A stretch of DNA of 62,141 nt, the filler included. It is 12 parts of 12 records of this genome, joined end to end, with 100 filler letters (N's around TTAATTAATTAA, not from the genome) between each part and the next. Parts side by side here need not be neighbours in the genome. Positions count along the whole stretch, not along the records: positions 42,122 to 47,029 come from SRR15195285_2261; positions 47,130 to 54,987 come from SRR15195285_2262; 10 more parts are not named here. One strand, written 5' to 3'. Of the stretch, positions 43,949 to 54,987 are shown piece by piece (the first letter of the stretch is position 1; every line of letters begins with the position of its first letter). The notes beneath the pieces were generated by a model. It did not search any database, had not been told where the DNA came from, and saw only the letters and a list, made by a program, of their open reading frames with translations. The position numbers and the translations under genes were made by a program.

Positions 43949-45667
43949 ATGAGAATCCTGATGGTGACGCTGGAGCTGGCAGACCCTGTGTTCTCTGGCA
44001 ACGGTGTCTACGGTAGGACGATCGTGGAAGCGCTCACTAGCCACCCAGGCACGACAGTCGACGTCGTGTGTGGCTCTCCACCGGGCGACAACGACGAGGT
44101 GACCCCGCCGTTTGCATCACATGCCGCACTGACGGAAGCGGTCCGCGACTCACGAGTGCGTGTCTACCGAGTGTCGCTACCGGTCTGGGGCAAGGTTGAC
44201 CGCACCGCGGCCTGGGAGGCTTTCGGCGATAGAGCCGTGCTGGCCCGCTTCGCGGCCACCTGCCAGGAACCGTACGACCTGATGATCGGTGTGGATTGGA
44301 CAGCAGCTCGCGCAGTGGACGCACTAAAGGAAATGTTGCCAGGGCCACCGAAGATCATCCACATGAATTTCCGTGTGTTCTTTGCTCAGCTGGAGCTACT
44401 GCAGGGCGGTGCGGACGATGCCGAGTTCTACACGGCGATGGAACGCGAGGCCTGTGACCAGGCCGACAGTGTAATCGCTCTCACCTCTGCTGATGGAGCA
44501 TCCATCGCTGGGCTGTTTCCTGCACCTGCAAATTCTGTTGATGCGAGGACTCAACTTCACCCAGCCGTTCTCAACCCACCACTACGACCCGATATCGCCA
44601 CTCTAGCTATGCGAAATCCGCTTAGCGTATCTAGACGCTTCGTCACCATCTGTGCACGAATATCCGAAGAGAAGCGCGTGCTGGAATACGTCGGGATCGT
44701 TGCCGGTGCCCGGTGTGTGATTTTCCAAGCATTTTCGATTAGTATGGATATGGACTTTTGTCCAGACGGCAAATGGTTCAAAAATGCTGCATCTGGTGGA
44801 GCAGGGATGCACTAAAGCAGCGTGGTCTTGTGCCCCTCCTCATTGGGGCTAAAACATCCCCTGAGTATGCGGAGCGATGCATCGGTTAGTATCAGTTCTG
44901 CTGTTGTATAGCTCTTCGCTTGCTTGCAAGAAGTAGCTCTGAGGTTTGTTTCTGTATGTCAGAGGCTTTGAAAGATGCCTTCCCAGGGGAGGAATCCGAG
45001 GTCAGAGAGTTTGGTACGATCGGCCGAGAGCGTTTCTGACACAAAACGTCAGGATGGATGCCTGAGCATGTGCTGGGGGGTTCGACGTTGTGCACAGGAG
45101 GACCAGAAGAGCTCGCAGCAGTGTGGCAAGAAACGTTCATCAACGTCCACACAGCACTCTATGAGGCCTACGGTTAGTGCGGCGTGTTTGATTAGGATTT
45201 CTTGTACCACATGTGCTTTTGTCTGGTCTGAACTTGAGTTCATCTCAGTATTTTGCGTCAAATCAGCACTGCTTCCACTGCTTCGTGGCAGGGATGACAA
45301 TTGTCGAAGCAGCAGCGTTTGGCGTGCCTACTTTGATGCACAATGAAAGTTCATCAATTGGAGCGAAAGACCTACTTCCAGAGTCGGCCAGGTTTGTGGC
45401 AGACATGGCTGACGTCGCGGCCACTGCCAATGTATTGGGTTCTCTTGTGCGGTGAGTTTACCAGTCATAGTACTCGTTACAGTGTGCAAACGGTGGAAAA
45501 CTCAAGGTGTCCTGCGTCTGCTGTGTCTGTTTTCACGGCGATGCGCCTGTATCCATTCAAGGGATGGGGAGGAGACAATTGCATCCGCGCGAGCGCCTGC
45601 GAGGGATGCAGCGCTCGGATGGGACCTGGGAGCATTCCAGGCAAAGTTGATTGACCTGCTGGAATGA
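43949..45667 (+). CDS. Glycosyltransferase family 4 (GT-B), about 6 exons
   Basis: MRILMVTLE..FSGNGVY and ARISEEKR. First intron 44713-44804. Splicing of later small exons gives NVHTALYEAY-GMTIVEAAAFGVP (EX7E motif). Ends WDLGAFQAKLIDLLE. Confidence 0.85.
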
Positions 45668-45819
45668 TAGTTCTGCTACTACCGTCGCACGGACCTAGCT
45701 GCGACAGTATGATCAGACATATGCAAAAAAGACCATAAAGATTGCATAACCATGTCGGATTTCGCGCTAGCACTGGTCGCCAAAACTGAATCTTCTGGGT
45801 GTTCGATCTGGGCTGCAAG

Positions 45820-46914
45820 TCAAGCGTCACTGCACTGTGATAGCAGCACGTCCACAGCTGCCACAAGCTGTTTGAATGCCGGCTTGCTTTTCAGCGCGTC
45901 GAAATCGCGCAGCTCCCACACAAAACGAATTGGAATCCGGGAAGGGTCATGACCACGGTAGGCAAGCTCCCCGCAATAGACATACCTGTGCTCGGCACAT
46001 AATCACATACAGTTCAGAGTCGCTAGCAAAGTTGCAACGACAAAAACAGCCGGCAGCATGGATCCGTGCTCGCACCCGCAGCCCTCGTTGCGTGCAAACA
46101 GTAGAACTGGCGTAGCTTCGACCTCCTCCGCCAAACCGTCATCATCCGTAACGACACCTCCGGCAGAGTTGATCATACGCTGAATCACAGGCGTGCCTTC
46201 CCACTGGCGCGGCTGAGCGAACCAGGTCACCTCCTTACCCTTGTCTAGGAACACGTTCTTGTAGCCGTCGCCGTAGACATTGATGAACAGACACACCGCA
46301 TTTTGCCACTCCTGAATACCGCTCATGCGAGAGAAGCTCGGCGAGCCCTCGGCCGACGCGGCCTCCATCGCAGCGCGCTTCACCTGACCGCCCATTGGTG
46401 GAATAATCTCACCAAGGAACTTCGTGTACAGCCCCTCGAGATCAGCGCTGAGATTCTTGCACGACCGCGTGTTTGGCGATTTGGCCGCCGCCGCCGGCTT
46501 TGCGTGGCGGTTCGCGTGCAGGATCTTCTGGCGCTTTGTTAAGGGTATGTCGTCCGCGGGCTCGTCGTCCTTCTGCTCAGTGCCAATGGCGGAAGAGCGC
46601 GCTGCGCCACCCCGCTGCGCTTCCTCCTGCAGCTTCGGTTCGGAGTAGTCCGGAGTTTTCTTGTCCAGATTCCTCGCGGAGCGGCGCTCAGTTCCGTCGT
46701 CGACGCGAAGCCCACGCCGTGGCACCGCGCGTCGACGGCGCGTCGTGGCTGTGGGCGCCATGCGGCCGCTGGCGGTGCTGGTGACAAGGGAGACGCTGAT
46801 GCCGAGCGAGCGCAGCATCTCCTCGTTCCGCCGTATGTTCTCCAGCCGGAACTGCTCATACTCGGACAGCCCAGAGCCTTCCTCGGCAGAGGTACCCACC
46901 GCACTCGCCGCCAT
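45820..46914 (-). CDS. Nuclear-type protein: LSxYExxRxxNIxRN helix + DUF3427/PUA-like domain
   Basis: N-terminal LSEYEQFRLENIRRNEEMLRSLG and basic RRSAR motifs. Intron 45986-46075 restores PVLLFARNEGCG-YVYCGELAYRGHDPSRIPIRFVWEL. Confidence 0.75.
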
Positions 46915-47304
46915 GCTGCCGACACCACGGCACCGGGCGTGCACCGCGCGACGGACGTGTCGCGCAACTTCAATCTTCATATTCGATTCATTGGCACGCG
47001 CTGCGAGATGTACGTCATTCAGGCGTGTGNNNNNNNNNNNNNNNNNNNNNNNNNNNNNNNNNNNNNNNNNNNNTTAATTAATTAANNNNNNNNNNNNNNN
47101 NNNNNNNNNNNNNNNNNNNNNNNNNNNNNATGAATGGGATTCAATACTCGGAATACACGCGCCTTTTGGTCACGATACCGACGAAAACGCTGGCTGCTGA
47201 GTATCATTTTCTGGCGAAACTCGTCTATTGAAGTGCAATGGTTCACATACTTGGTTCCGCAAGGACACCTTGAGGTCGCGAGTGGTATTGCTTCTGACAT
47301 GTGA

Positions 47305-50300
47305 TCAATCCAGCCTGACCTGCACCGGTGTTCGGGCATCTGCGTCTCGACGCGCTTTTTTCACCCGTATCTTTCGCTTGACGCGCAATGCCTTTGTCGC
47401 GAGAGCAGTTGTCTGTTTCAGTGACAGCGCACCGCTGTGCCCGAAATTACTCCTGTCATCGCTAGATTGCACCATGCCTGGCAATGCTGCCAGCGTAATG
47501 GACGACGTGGCTTTACCACGCTCAATGTCCTCCTGGTGACTGTCCAGCTCGCCGTTGTCTGCATCGTCTTCGGGTCCAAACCCAGCAACTCCCGCTGAAG
47601 CATTGGGCAAAAATGTTGCGTTGGTCATGGGATCATTAGGTTCCAGAACACTCATCCATCGGCTGTGTGCGCGAGTCAGCCCGCCGATTCCCAACATCCC
47701 GCGTAGCTCACCTAGATTGCGCGGTACAGTGCTTGCTGGCGTGATTCCTGACGGGACGACTGCAGCAATACCCGTCGTCGGAAAATCCATTGGAGCCGGC
47801 GGGATAACGTCTAGGGATAGGTGCAACGGCTCTTTCTTCCAACCAGACGCGTCTGCAACAAAAATTTCGACAGGCAACTCAGTGCCGAGTTCAGCGTTTT
47901 CAGCTGCCTGAATGGCAAGCTTTGTCGGTGCAGGTGGCACATCGGCGACAAACTGTAGCTTCAAGCGCACAAATCCAAACGGATGCACCCCTGTCGCACG
48001 CCGCCTCCTAATTTGCTTCTTCACGGAGCGGTCAGCAAAATTCTGCAGCTCACCCTTGCGTGAGTCGACCAACGGCCACTCCTTTGGTTTTGTCCAGCCA
48101 TGACCCCAGCCTGCATGGAACTCCTTCTCCAAGTCGATTTCAACCATACCAAGGAAATCATCGGCGCTTAGCTTGTCCCAGTCATAAACGGTAGCAGAGA
48201 GCACCAGTTGATCTGACGGCACGTCGTCGCCCAGCTCAAACTCGAAAATGGTTTGCTTCGACTCAGGTCCCTCACTTCGGTTGAATCGAGGGTTCAACGT
48301 CTGCAGCACAGTGTGGGTGCGCTGTGGCTTGGGATCGCCACCGACAGTCACCTCCACGAACGGATCTGATTGGCCATTGGCGTCCGCTGCAAGCAGCCCT
48401 CTGCATGTCAGCACAACAACCTGCAGCCTACCTGCAGGTCGGCGGGATGGCTCCTTGAAATCGATTTTCAACCGCATCGTCCCGTACGGACTGTCATCCC
48501 CAGCCTGTACACGTTTCTTGATCTGCTTTTTGATTGACTTGTCCTGGTCAAGTAATTTCTCTTCGTCAGTGAGAGCTCGTGTCCACTCCGCCTCCTCAGT
48601 CAGCCAGGACACACCCTCTCCTAGCTCCTCTATCAGGTCGATTGAAACCTCACCGATGAAGTCGTCGCTCAGCATGGACTTCATGCCGGGAACTACCACA
48701 TCCTCATCCAATACCTTGAGCTTGAGGCTGCGCAAGTCCTCAGTCGACACCTGACCTGGAGTCAGGAACCACTGGAAGCTCTCTTCAAACTTTGGATTTA
48801 GGGTTTTGGGTTGCACTCTCGTCTCCTGTTGCTCGAGATCGCCTAGGCAAGCAGTAATGTATGGATCCGACAGACCGTTGCGGTCTGCAGCAAGAAGGTT
48901 GCTGCACCCGTCGACGCGTATGGTGAGCACGCCTGGGCACGGCGGCGTAGGTGCAGGTGGTTGAGTTGGGTCTGTGAACCCCACTCGAATCGAAATGAAC
49001 CCAAGACCATCAAATCCATACACATCCGATTGTTCTTTTCCTTGGCGCTCCAGTATCTGACGCTGGGCATCTTTGTTCTTCTCGAGCTTGCCGTCCAAAT
49101 CGACCAGAGGCCGGTGCCAGAGCACTCCTCTTTGCTGGTCACGCCAGCTTTCACCCTCGCCAAGGATTGTAGTCAAGTCGACTTCGTAGCCGCCAAGGAA
49201 ATCGTCACCCACCAAGTCCTTGTCGAACACAGAGAGCCGCAGCTGTAAGTCCTCGACAGGCATTTGAGCTGGCAGATCCCACCAAACAGTCTCACGGAAG
49301 ACAGGATCCAGAGTCTTATCTCTGACGCCTGTAGTATAGGAGTAATGTCCACTACCTCCAAGTGTGACTGTGATGAACGGATCAGACAACCCGTTGCGAT
49401 CAGCGGCAATGAGTTTGCTACAACTCAATATGGTTATGCTCAGTTCGCCTGGGCATGGCGGGGAGTCTGGCAAGGACATGACAACCATATGTGAGCGAGC
49501 ACGCTTGTTTTGAACATGCTTGCGAGACACTTTGGCGTCAGGATCGATGCAAATCGACTCGTCGGCAGCCTCGTATTCGTGATGCTCGAGTTGACTAGAA
49601 TCCTGAGATTCATCTTTATGTGGTGTCACGAAGAAGTCTTCAACCAGCGCCTTGAACTCGTCTACAGCAATTGCAGTATCCCAGCCGTCTTCACTACTCG
49701 ACCAAAGATGTTTCAAAAAACCATGCACGACAGAATCAATCAGAGACAGACCAACTGACTCGCAACCCAAACGCAGCTCCTCCGCTGTCACCGACCCCGT
49801 CACTGCCTGTTGCGTGTAAGCACCATCACCTGCCACAACAGAGTCAAACAAAGTCTGGATCTTCCGAAGGCGAACCTCAGGATCCTCGTCGTCGTCCAGC
49901 TCCTCTTCTAGTTCTGACTCTTCAACCACAGTTTGCTCATGGCTTGTGGTGCCGATAGACTGACCTGCCGGAGATTCAAGTCCCAAGCGCCGCGTTTCCT
50001 CCTTGGACAACAGGGTGATTCCGCGAGGGGCCTCTAATGCTGTTCGCATGCCTGCTGGAGCATTCTCGATGACAATGAAGGACCAACTGCCTCGAGTGAC
50101 AGCAAGCTTCCGTGTCTTTAGTCGGATCGGCGGTGGTTGATCACCAACTGTCCCGTGTTGCCTAAGTACAACCCAGTCTGTTTTTGACCATGCCCGAGTA
50201 CGGCTGGTGCTACTTAGGTCAACAAAAACACGACCTATCTCGTCGTCTTCGTCCTGGTCTTCATCCATGCAACGCAGCTCCAGGCACCCAGGCATCTGAG

Positions 50301-53300
50301 GTACCCAAAACTGCATCTCATATCCGTCATCTCCCCACTGTGGAGCTGTACCACCTTCATGCAGAGTCTCAGTTCTGTCTGCGAAGTCTGACACTGCTTC
50401 CGAGCCTCCGGCATCAGAGTGTAGAACCTCTAACCCATCTGGATCCTTCTCCTCGCCTGCGACATCTTCAGGAGATCGCATATGCACCAGCACGTTAACG
50501 TACGGGTCATTTTCACCCACCGCGTCCATCTGTCGGAGCCCTTTGCCCTTGAGTACAGTCACACGAAGCAAGCAGTTCGTCAGTTTGTCACTAGTTTGCC
50601 ATTCATCTGTGTCGTTCGCTTGCAGGCCTTTCCTCGCTCCAGGATCCCACAGTACAATAACCTGCAGAGCACCGGCACTGCGTTCTCCATTATGGTATTC
50701 ATCCAGGTCTTGGCCATCTCCGGCAATCAGGTCGTCATCACTGAGCAAGTAAGCATCGCTGATTTGCTTAGTTTTGTTGCGCCGCTGTCGCATGCAGCAG
50801 CACAAACACAGCAGACAACAACAGCAAACGCCCCCAGCACCGATACCCCCGAGTATCATGAGATCAAATTTCTCTATCACGGCATCTTGCTCGATAGGAG
50901 CAACAAACGTGATCGCAGCTGAGGTATCGACAACCATCTCACTGGTGTTGACACCGATGTTTTCCAACACACCGTTGATGAAGTCAGGATTTTCAAGTTG
51001 TGTGGCGAGCTCATTTGGATCCGACGCCGGGCCAAGTATAAGCTCAAACTGCACCTGGGTAGAGTAAGTAGGAGCATCAAATCTCGGGGGAATCGCGGTG
51101 ACAACGCGACCAACCAATTCTAGACTTTCAAGCTCACCGCTATCCAGACCCTGTGCTACCAGCGTCTCCGTGATGAAAGTGTCACGCGCGGCGGCCGCAA
51201 AAGATACGGCAAAAAGTGCTGCGAATCCTGTGTCACCATCGGACTCAAATACCAGGGAGATGTCTGACGAGGATACGAGAGTTACGTCAAACACGACTCC
51301 TGTGGTGGATACTGCTTGAAGTCGTCGCCTTGCCTCACCAATAGAGTTGAGGGTGACATTGTCGATATTGACCCTTCCTGGTTCAGCAACACCTTTTTTC
51401 ACCATGTATCGCTTCGCTCTGCATGCAAGTGAATCGCAGCTGTAATGCTCCGAAGATTGTCGGAAAAACGGTGAGCTCGGAAGTGTGACCATGGTGTTCA
51501 CTTGTTGTTCATACAGTGACAGGACAGCGACAGTCCCTGTGCCAGCTTGTTTGCTTAGCTCTTCAAGCATACCTGTCACGTTGACAGACGGTCCCGTAAA
51601 GGAGGCAACTGTAACAATGCGCGGAGCTGGCGGGGGAGGAGGCGGTGCTGGCGGCTCTGGCTCGGGCTCTGGCAGCGGTTCGGGCTCTGGGATCGGTTCA
51701 GGCTCAGGCTCGGGTGCTGGCTCTGGCTCTGGCGCCGGCTCAGGCTCTGGTTCCGGGACGTATATCAAGTCAGCCCAATCAAAGGATCCCGATCCGGAAT
51801 CATCAAACAGCTCTGGCCACAGGCATGAACCATCATCCACGTTGGCTGTAGGGTTGAAGTTGATGGCTGTAGAGTTCATGCAGCCCTGCCGAATGCGGAT
51901 ACAGGAATACCCGTCGCCCATGTAACCATCGTTGCAATCGCAAATGTGGGACTCGGCAGTCAGATAGCACGATGCAACCGGGCTACAGTCATTTTCTGCT
52001 GCGCTACATAGAGCATATTCACACGACCCATCATCAGTGTTCGCGTCTGGATCGTAATTCGCCGCGCGAGGATCTATACAAGCGTAAACTCGTTCAATCT
52101 CGCACGTCTCACCAATGTACTCCGCAGTACATGTACACTCGAATTGATCCAATGGCAAGGACGATAGTGTTGAATCGCTGCAGGCTCCATGGTGCATGCA
52201 TGGGGTGCTGAGGCACTCGTCAACGTCGAGTTCACACTGTACTCCTTCAAGACCCGGCGGGCATATGCACATGAACTCGTCGAAATCACTCGCAGTGGAG
52301 CAGCCCGCAGGGCATGCCGCTGAAAAGTCGGTCTCTTCTGACAGGTCGCAAACTGGGGTGTATGCCAGCGTGTGCGTACAGCCGATGGGACACTCGTCCG
52401 ATCCGTCAGCAACGTTGGCAAAGTCACAAGTCGGCGTATGTTCGCTCACATAATCACAACCGGTTGCACATGAACCATCTTGCTGGAAACTGCAATTTGG
52501 TTGAACATCCGGCACTTCCGCCGTATAAACGCAGCCCGCTGGGCAAGACCTGGCAAGCCTGTCAGGTCCCATGGAAAATGCAGTTGCACAGTCAGGTTGT
52601 GGGACTGCAGAACCTACCGGAACACACCCAACCAGGCTCACATTCAACACTGCGGAGAAATTGGTCCAGCATCGGTCAATTGCTGCAACCATTCCGACTG
52701 CGCCGCAAACGAGATCAAACGGATCAGCACAGTGCGCTATATCTGGTTCTGACGCTGCTGCTGGTTCCAAAGGTAGGACCACAGATCCAACAGGAACACA
52801 AGTGCTGCGGTTACCGGCGCTATTCAAGCACTGCTCAGCTGAAGCAACCATCCCAACCGCGCCACACACACCATCAAATGCATCTGTGCAGGGCGGATAG
52901 TAGGGCTCCGGCTCCGGCTCTGGCTTCGGCTCCGGCTCTGGGTTCGGGGGATCAGCGCAGGCAAAGCACGAAGCTGGGCACACAGACGAGATCAGCGTGC
53001 CAACCGGCAACTCTGGGATGAAAATATGGAGATCTGATTGACAATCTGCGACAGTGAGAAGCAGAGGGCATGGCAGTGGCCCTAGAAGGCCGTCTGGGTC
53101 ATCCAGACATCCTGGCGGCTCTGGCTCTGGCTCTGGCTCGGGTGGCAAATCTGGCGCGGTGCAGGTAGCTGCAGAGCCAACAACCAGTGTCGCGGTGCCT
53201 GTGCACGAGGCTGCAACTGGATCGGCTGTACCAATGCATGCAGCTGGGACGAAGTTGGCTGCACCCCAGCACAGCACCCCAACGGTTCCAGGCGCGAGCT

Positions 53301-54987
53301 CAGAACCAACACAATCACCAGCAACACAGGGATCACTGGTGCATTCGTCCACATCAATCCCACAGTTTCCACCAAGTGTGACAGCACATTCAGCAGAATA
53401 TTGGCTGATGTAATCGTATTCACATACGCCATTGGCAAACCCAGCGGCACAGACGCATTGGTATGCGTGAGCCGGGATGCTACTGTTGGTGCCAGACTCC
53501 AGACAAGTGGCACCGTTTTCACATGGGCTGCTGGCGCACTCGTCAATGTCAATGTCGCAGTTGCCAGTAGAGACACTGTAATTCCCGCTTTGTAGACAGA
53601 GCTCAGCATATTCGGGCATTGCTTCGTAATCGCAAATGCCATTCGCGAACCCCTCCTGACAAGTGCACCAGTAGGTGCCGAAGCCTGTGGAAACCGCACC
53701 GTGCGACTCGAGACAGCTCGCCCCGTTGTCACAGGGGCTACTAGAACATTCATCTACATCGATATCGCAGTTTCCGACCTCGTGACCAATAAGTCTCCAA
53801 GTGCTTTCTGCATCGTCAAGACTCTCTAGCACAGTGCACTCGGTAGCGTATTCGGTAATATAGTCGTACGCGCATGCGCCATTGGCAAATCCAGCAGCAC
53901 AGCTGCACTGATAAGCATGTGCAGACACAGTGCTGTTGTCGCTGGCAGACTCAATGCATGTTGCTCCATTCTCGCATGGACTGCTAGCGCACTCGTAGAT
54001 ATCGAGATTGCAAAGAATTCCAGCCCATCCGTCTGGGCATACACATTTGTATCTATCGATTCCGACACTGGTCCCGTGTGATCTCGGAATGCACACGCCA
54101 GTTGTGGTGCACTGCTCCATCCCAATTGCGGAGCACGGGCTTGTCGTCGAGCAAGCTGCAGAGTCCCGGCAGATTCCGCCATTCAAGCATGGGAAGCTGA
54201 GACATTCGTCACTGTCTTGATCACAATTGAGACCTTCATATCCAGCCATGCAGTCACAGGCATAAGAGTCCAGCACCGTCGCCGGCATGACAGGCCGACA
54301 TGACGCACCGCATGAGATCATTCCGACAAATGCACAGGGCTCTTCCTGCGTGGGTCCCTGACCGCTGCACAGACTGGACTCGTAGCATGCCGCGCCGTGG
54401 GCACATGGACTGCTGGCACATTCATTCGTGTCGGCATCACAATTTCCGTGACCTGTGCTATCTAAGACAGAGCACTCTGCTGTGTAAACAGGCGCCATTG
54501 AAACACGGTCACTCCACAATTCACCGACTGCAATCGGAACAAGTGGGTCGCAAACGCCGTTTGCAAACCCGGCAAAGCATGTACAGCGGTACGCGTTGCT
54601 AGGCACTGGCGACAGCTCGTCAAGATGAACGCTGGTTGAATCGGTGCAGGTCGCTAGATTTTCGCACGGCATGCTTGCGCACTCATTTATGTCAATATCA
54701 CAATTGCCAAGACCTGGACCAGCGGTAGAGTCCATAGCACTGCATTCAGATTCATACTGCGCGATGACACCTTCTGCACATACACCGTTTGCAAAACCGG
54801 GAGCACAGCTGCAGCGGTATGCGTGTAAAGGGATATCTGAGTTGCTTGTGGAGTCTGTGCAACTACTGCCGTGCATGCATGGGTTGCTTGCGCACTCGTC
54901 AATATCGACATCACAGTTGCCGTGCAGCGATTGAATGCACAAGCCACTGTCCGGAACGCAGACCTGGCCGCATGACATGAACCCGAC
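47305..54987 (-). CDS. Giant single-pass membrane protein: Ca-binding EGF repeats, TM helix, four C2 domains (partial)
   Basis: 2557-aa ORF open from the contig edge. Repeated CDxDIDECASxPCxNGAxC, two AxN(Y/F)xPxANxDDGSC repeats, (PE)n linkers, TM LMILGGIGAGGVCCCCLLCLCCCM-RQRR, and C2 starts MDAVGENDPYV, ADRNGLSDPF, ADRNGLSDPY and ADANGQSDPF. Probably spliced onward at ~47320. Confidence 0.92.
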   Translation of the reverse strand, partial: VGFMSCGQVCVPDSGLCIQSLHGNCDVDIDECASNPCMHGSSCTDSTSNSDIPLHAYRCSCAPGFANGVCAEGVIAQYESECSAMDSTAGPGLGNCDIDINECASMPCENLATCTDSTSVHLDELSPVPSNAYRCTCFAGFANGVCDPLVPIAVGELWSDRVSMAPVYTAECSVLDSTGHGNCDADTNECASSPCAHGAACYESSLCSGQGPTQEEPCAFVGMISCGASCRPVMPATVLDSYACDCMAGYEGLNCDQDSDECLSFPCLNGGICRDSAACSTTSPCSAIGMEQCTTTGVCIPRSHGTSVGIDRYKCVCPDGWAGILCNLDIYECASSPCENGATCIESASDNSTVSAHAYQCSCAAGFANGACAYDYITEYATECTVLESLDDAESTWRLIGHEVGNCDIDVDECSSSPCDNGASCLESHGAVSTGFGTYWCTCQEGFANGICDYEAMPEYAELCLQSGNYSVSTGNCDIDIDECASSPCENGATCLESGTNSSIPAHAYQCVCAAGFANGVCEYDYISQYSAECAVTLGGNCGIDVDECTSDPCVAGDCVGSELAPGTVGVLCWGAANFVPAACIGTADPVAASCTGTATLVVGSAATCTAPDLPPEPEPEPEPPGCLDDPDGLLGPLPCPLLLTVADCQSDLHIFIPELPVGTLISSVCPASCFACADPPNPEPEPKPEPEPEPYYPPCTDAFDGVCGAVGMVASAEQCLNSAGNRSTCVPVGSVVLPLEPAAASEPDIAHCADPFDLVCGAVGMVAAIDRCWTNFSAVLNVSLVGCVPVGSAVPQPDCATAFSMGPDRLARSCPAGCVYTAEVPDVQPNCSFQQDGSCATGCDYVSEHTPTCDFANVADGSDECPIGCTHTLAYTPVCDLSEETDFSAACPAGCSTASDFDEFMCICPPGLEGVQCELDVDECLSTPCMHHGACSDSTLSSLPLDQFECTCTAEYIGETCEIERVYACIDPRAANYDPDANTDDGSCEYALCSAAENDCSPVASCYLTAESHICDCNDGYMGDGYSCIRIRQGCMNSTAINFNPTANVDDGSCLWPELFDDSGSGSFDWADLIYVPEPEPEPAPEPEPAPEPEPEPIPEPEPLPEPEPEPPAPPPPPPAPRIVTVASFTGPSVNVTGMLEELSKQAGTGTVAVLSLYEQQVNTMVTLPSSPFFRQSSEHYSCDSLACRAKRYMVKKGVAEPGRVNIDNVTLNSIGEARRRLQAVSTTGVVFDVTLVSSSDISLVFESDGDTGFAALFAVSFAAAARDTFITETLVAQGLDSGELESLELVGRVVTAIPPRFDAPTYSTQVQFELILGPASDPNELATQLENPDFINGVLENIGVNTSEMVVDTSAAITFVAPIEQDAVIEKFDLMILGGIGAGGVCCCCLLCLCCCMRQRRNKTKQISDAYLLSDDDLIAGDGQDLDEYHNGERSAGALQVIVLWDPGARKGLQANDTDEWQTSDKLTNCLLRVTVLKGKGLRQMDAVGENDPYVNVLVHMRSPEDVAGEEKDPDGLEVLHSDAGGSEAVSDFADRTETLHEGGTAPQWGDDGYEMQFWVPQMPGCLELRCMDEDQDEDDEIGRVFVDLSSTSRTRAWSKTDWVVLRQHGTVGDQPPPIRLKTRKLAVTRGSWSFIVIENAPAGMRTALEAPRGITLLSKEETRRLGLESPAGQSIGTTSHEQTVVEESELEEELDDDEDPEVRLRKIQTLFDSVVAGDGAYTQQAVTGSVTAEELRLGCESVGLSLIDSVVHGFLKHLWSSSEDGWDTAIAVDEFKALVEDFFVTPHKDESQDSSQLEHHEYEAADESICIDPDAKVSRKHVQNKRARSHMVVMSLPDSPPCPGELSITILSCSKLIAADRNGLSDPFITVTLGGSGHYSYTTGVRDKTLDPVFRETVWWDLPAQMPVEDLQLRLSVFDKDLVGDDFLGGYEVDLTTILGEGESWRDQQRGVLWHRPLVDLDGKLEKNKDAQRQILERQGKEQSDVYGFDGLGFISIRVGFTDPTQPPAPTPPCPGVLTIRVDGCSNLLAADRNGLSDPYITACLGDLEQQETRVQPKTLNPKFEESFQWFLTPGQVSTEDLRSLKLKVLDEDVVVPGMKSMLSDDFIGEVSIDLIEELGEGVSWLTEEAEWTRALTDEEKLLDQDKSIKKQIKKRVQAGDDSPYGTMRLKIDFKEPSRRPAGRLQVVVLTCRGLLAADANGQSDPFVEVTVGGDPKPQRTHTVLQTLNPRFNRSEGPESKQTIFEFELGDDVPSDQLVLSATVYDWDKLSADDFLGMVEIDLEKEFHAGWGHGWTKPKEWPLVDSRKGELQNFADRSVKKQIRRRRATGVHPFGFVRLKLQFVADVPPAPTKLAIQAAENAELGTELPVEIFVADASGWKKEPLHLSLDVIPPAPMDFPTTGIAAVVPSGITPASTVPRNLGELRGMLGIGGLTRAHSRWMSVLEPNDPMTNATFLPNASAGVAGFGPEDDADNGELDSHQEDIERGKATSSITLAALPGMVQSSDDRSNFGHSGALSLKQTTALATKALRVKRKIRVKKARRDADARTPVQVRLD

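Noticed and set aside
44713-45667. Frameshifts, pseudogenes or stop-codon reassignment in fragmented ORFs (GT4, anoctamin, esterase)
   Set aside because: The breaks I traced are explained by canonical GT-AG introns that restore conserved motifs under the standard code.
263-54987. Apparent Ca2+/membrane gene cluster (IQ-EGF, OSCA, anoctamin, multi-C2 receptor)
   Set aside because: The genes lie on different contigs, so their adjacency is artificial.
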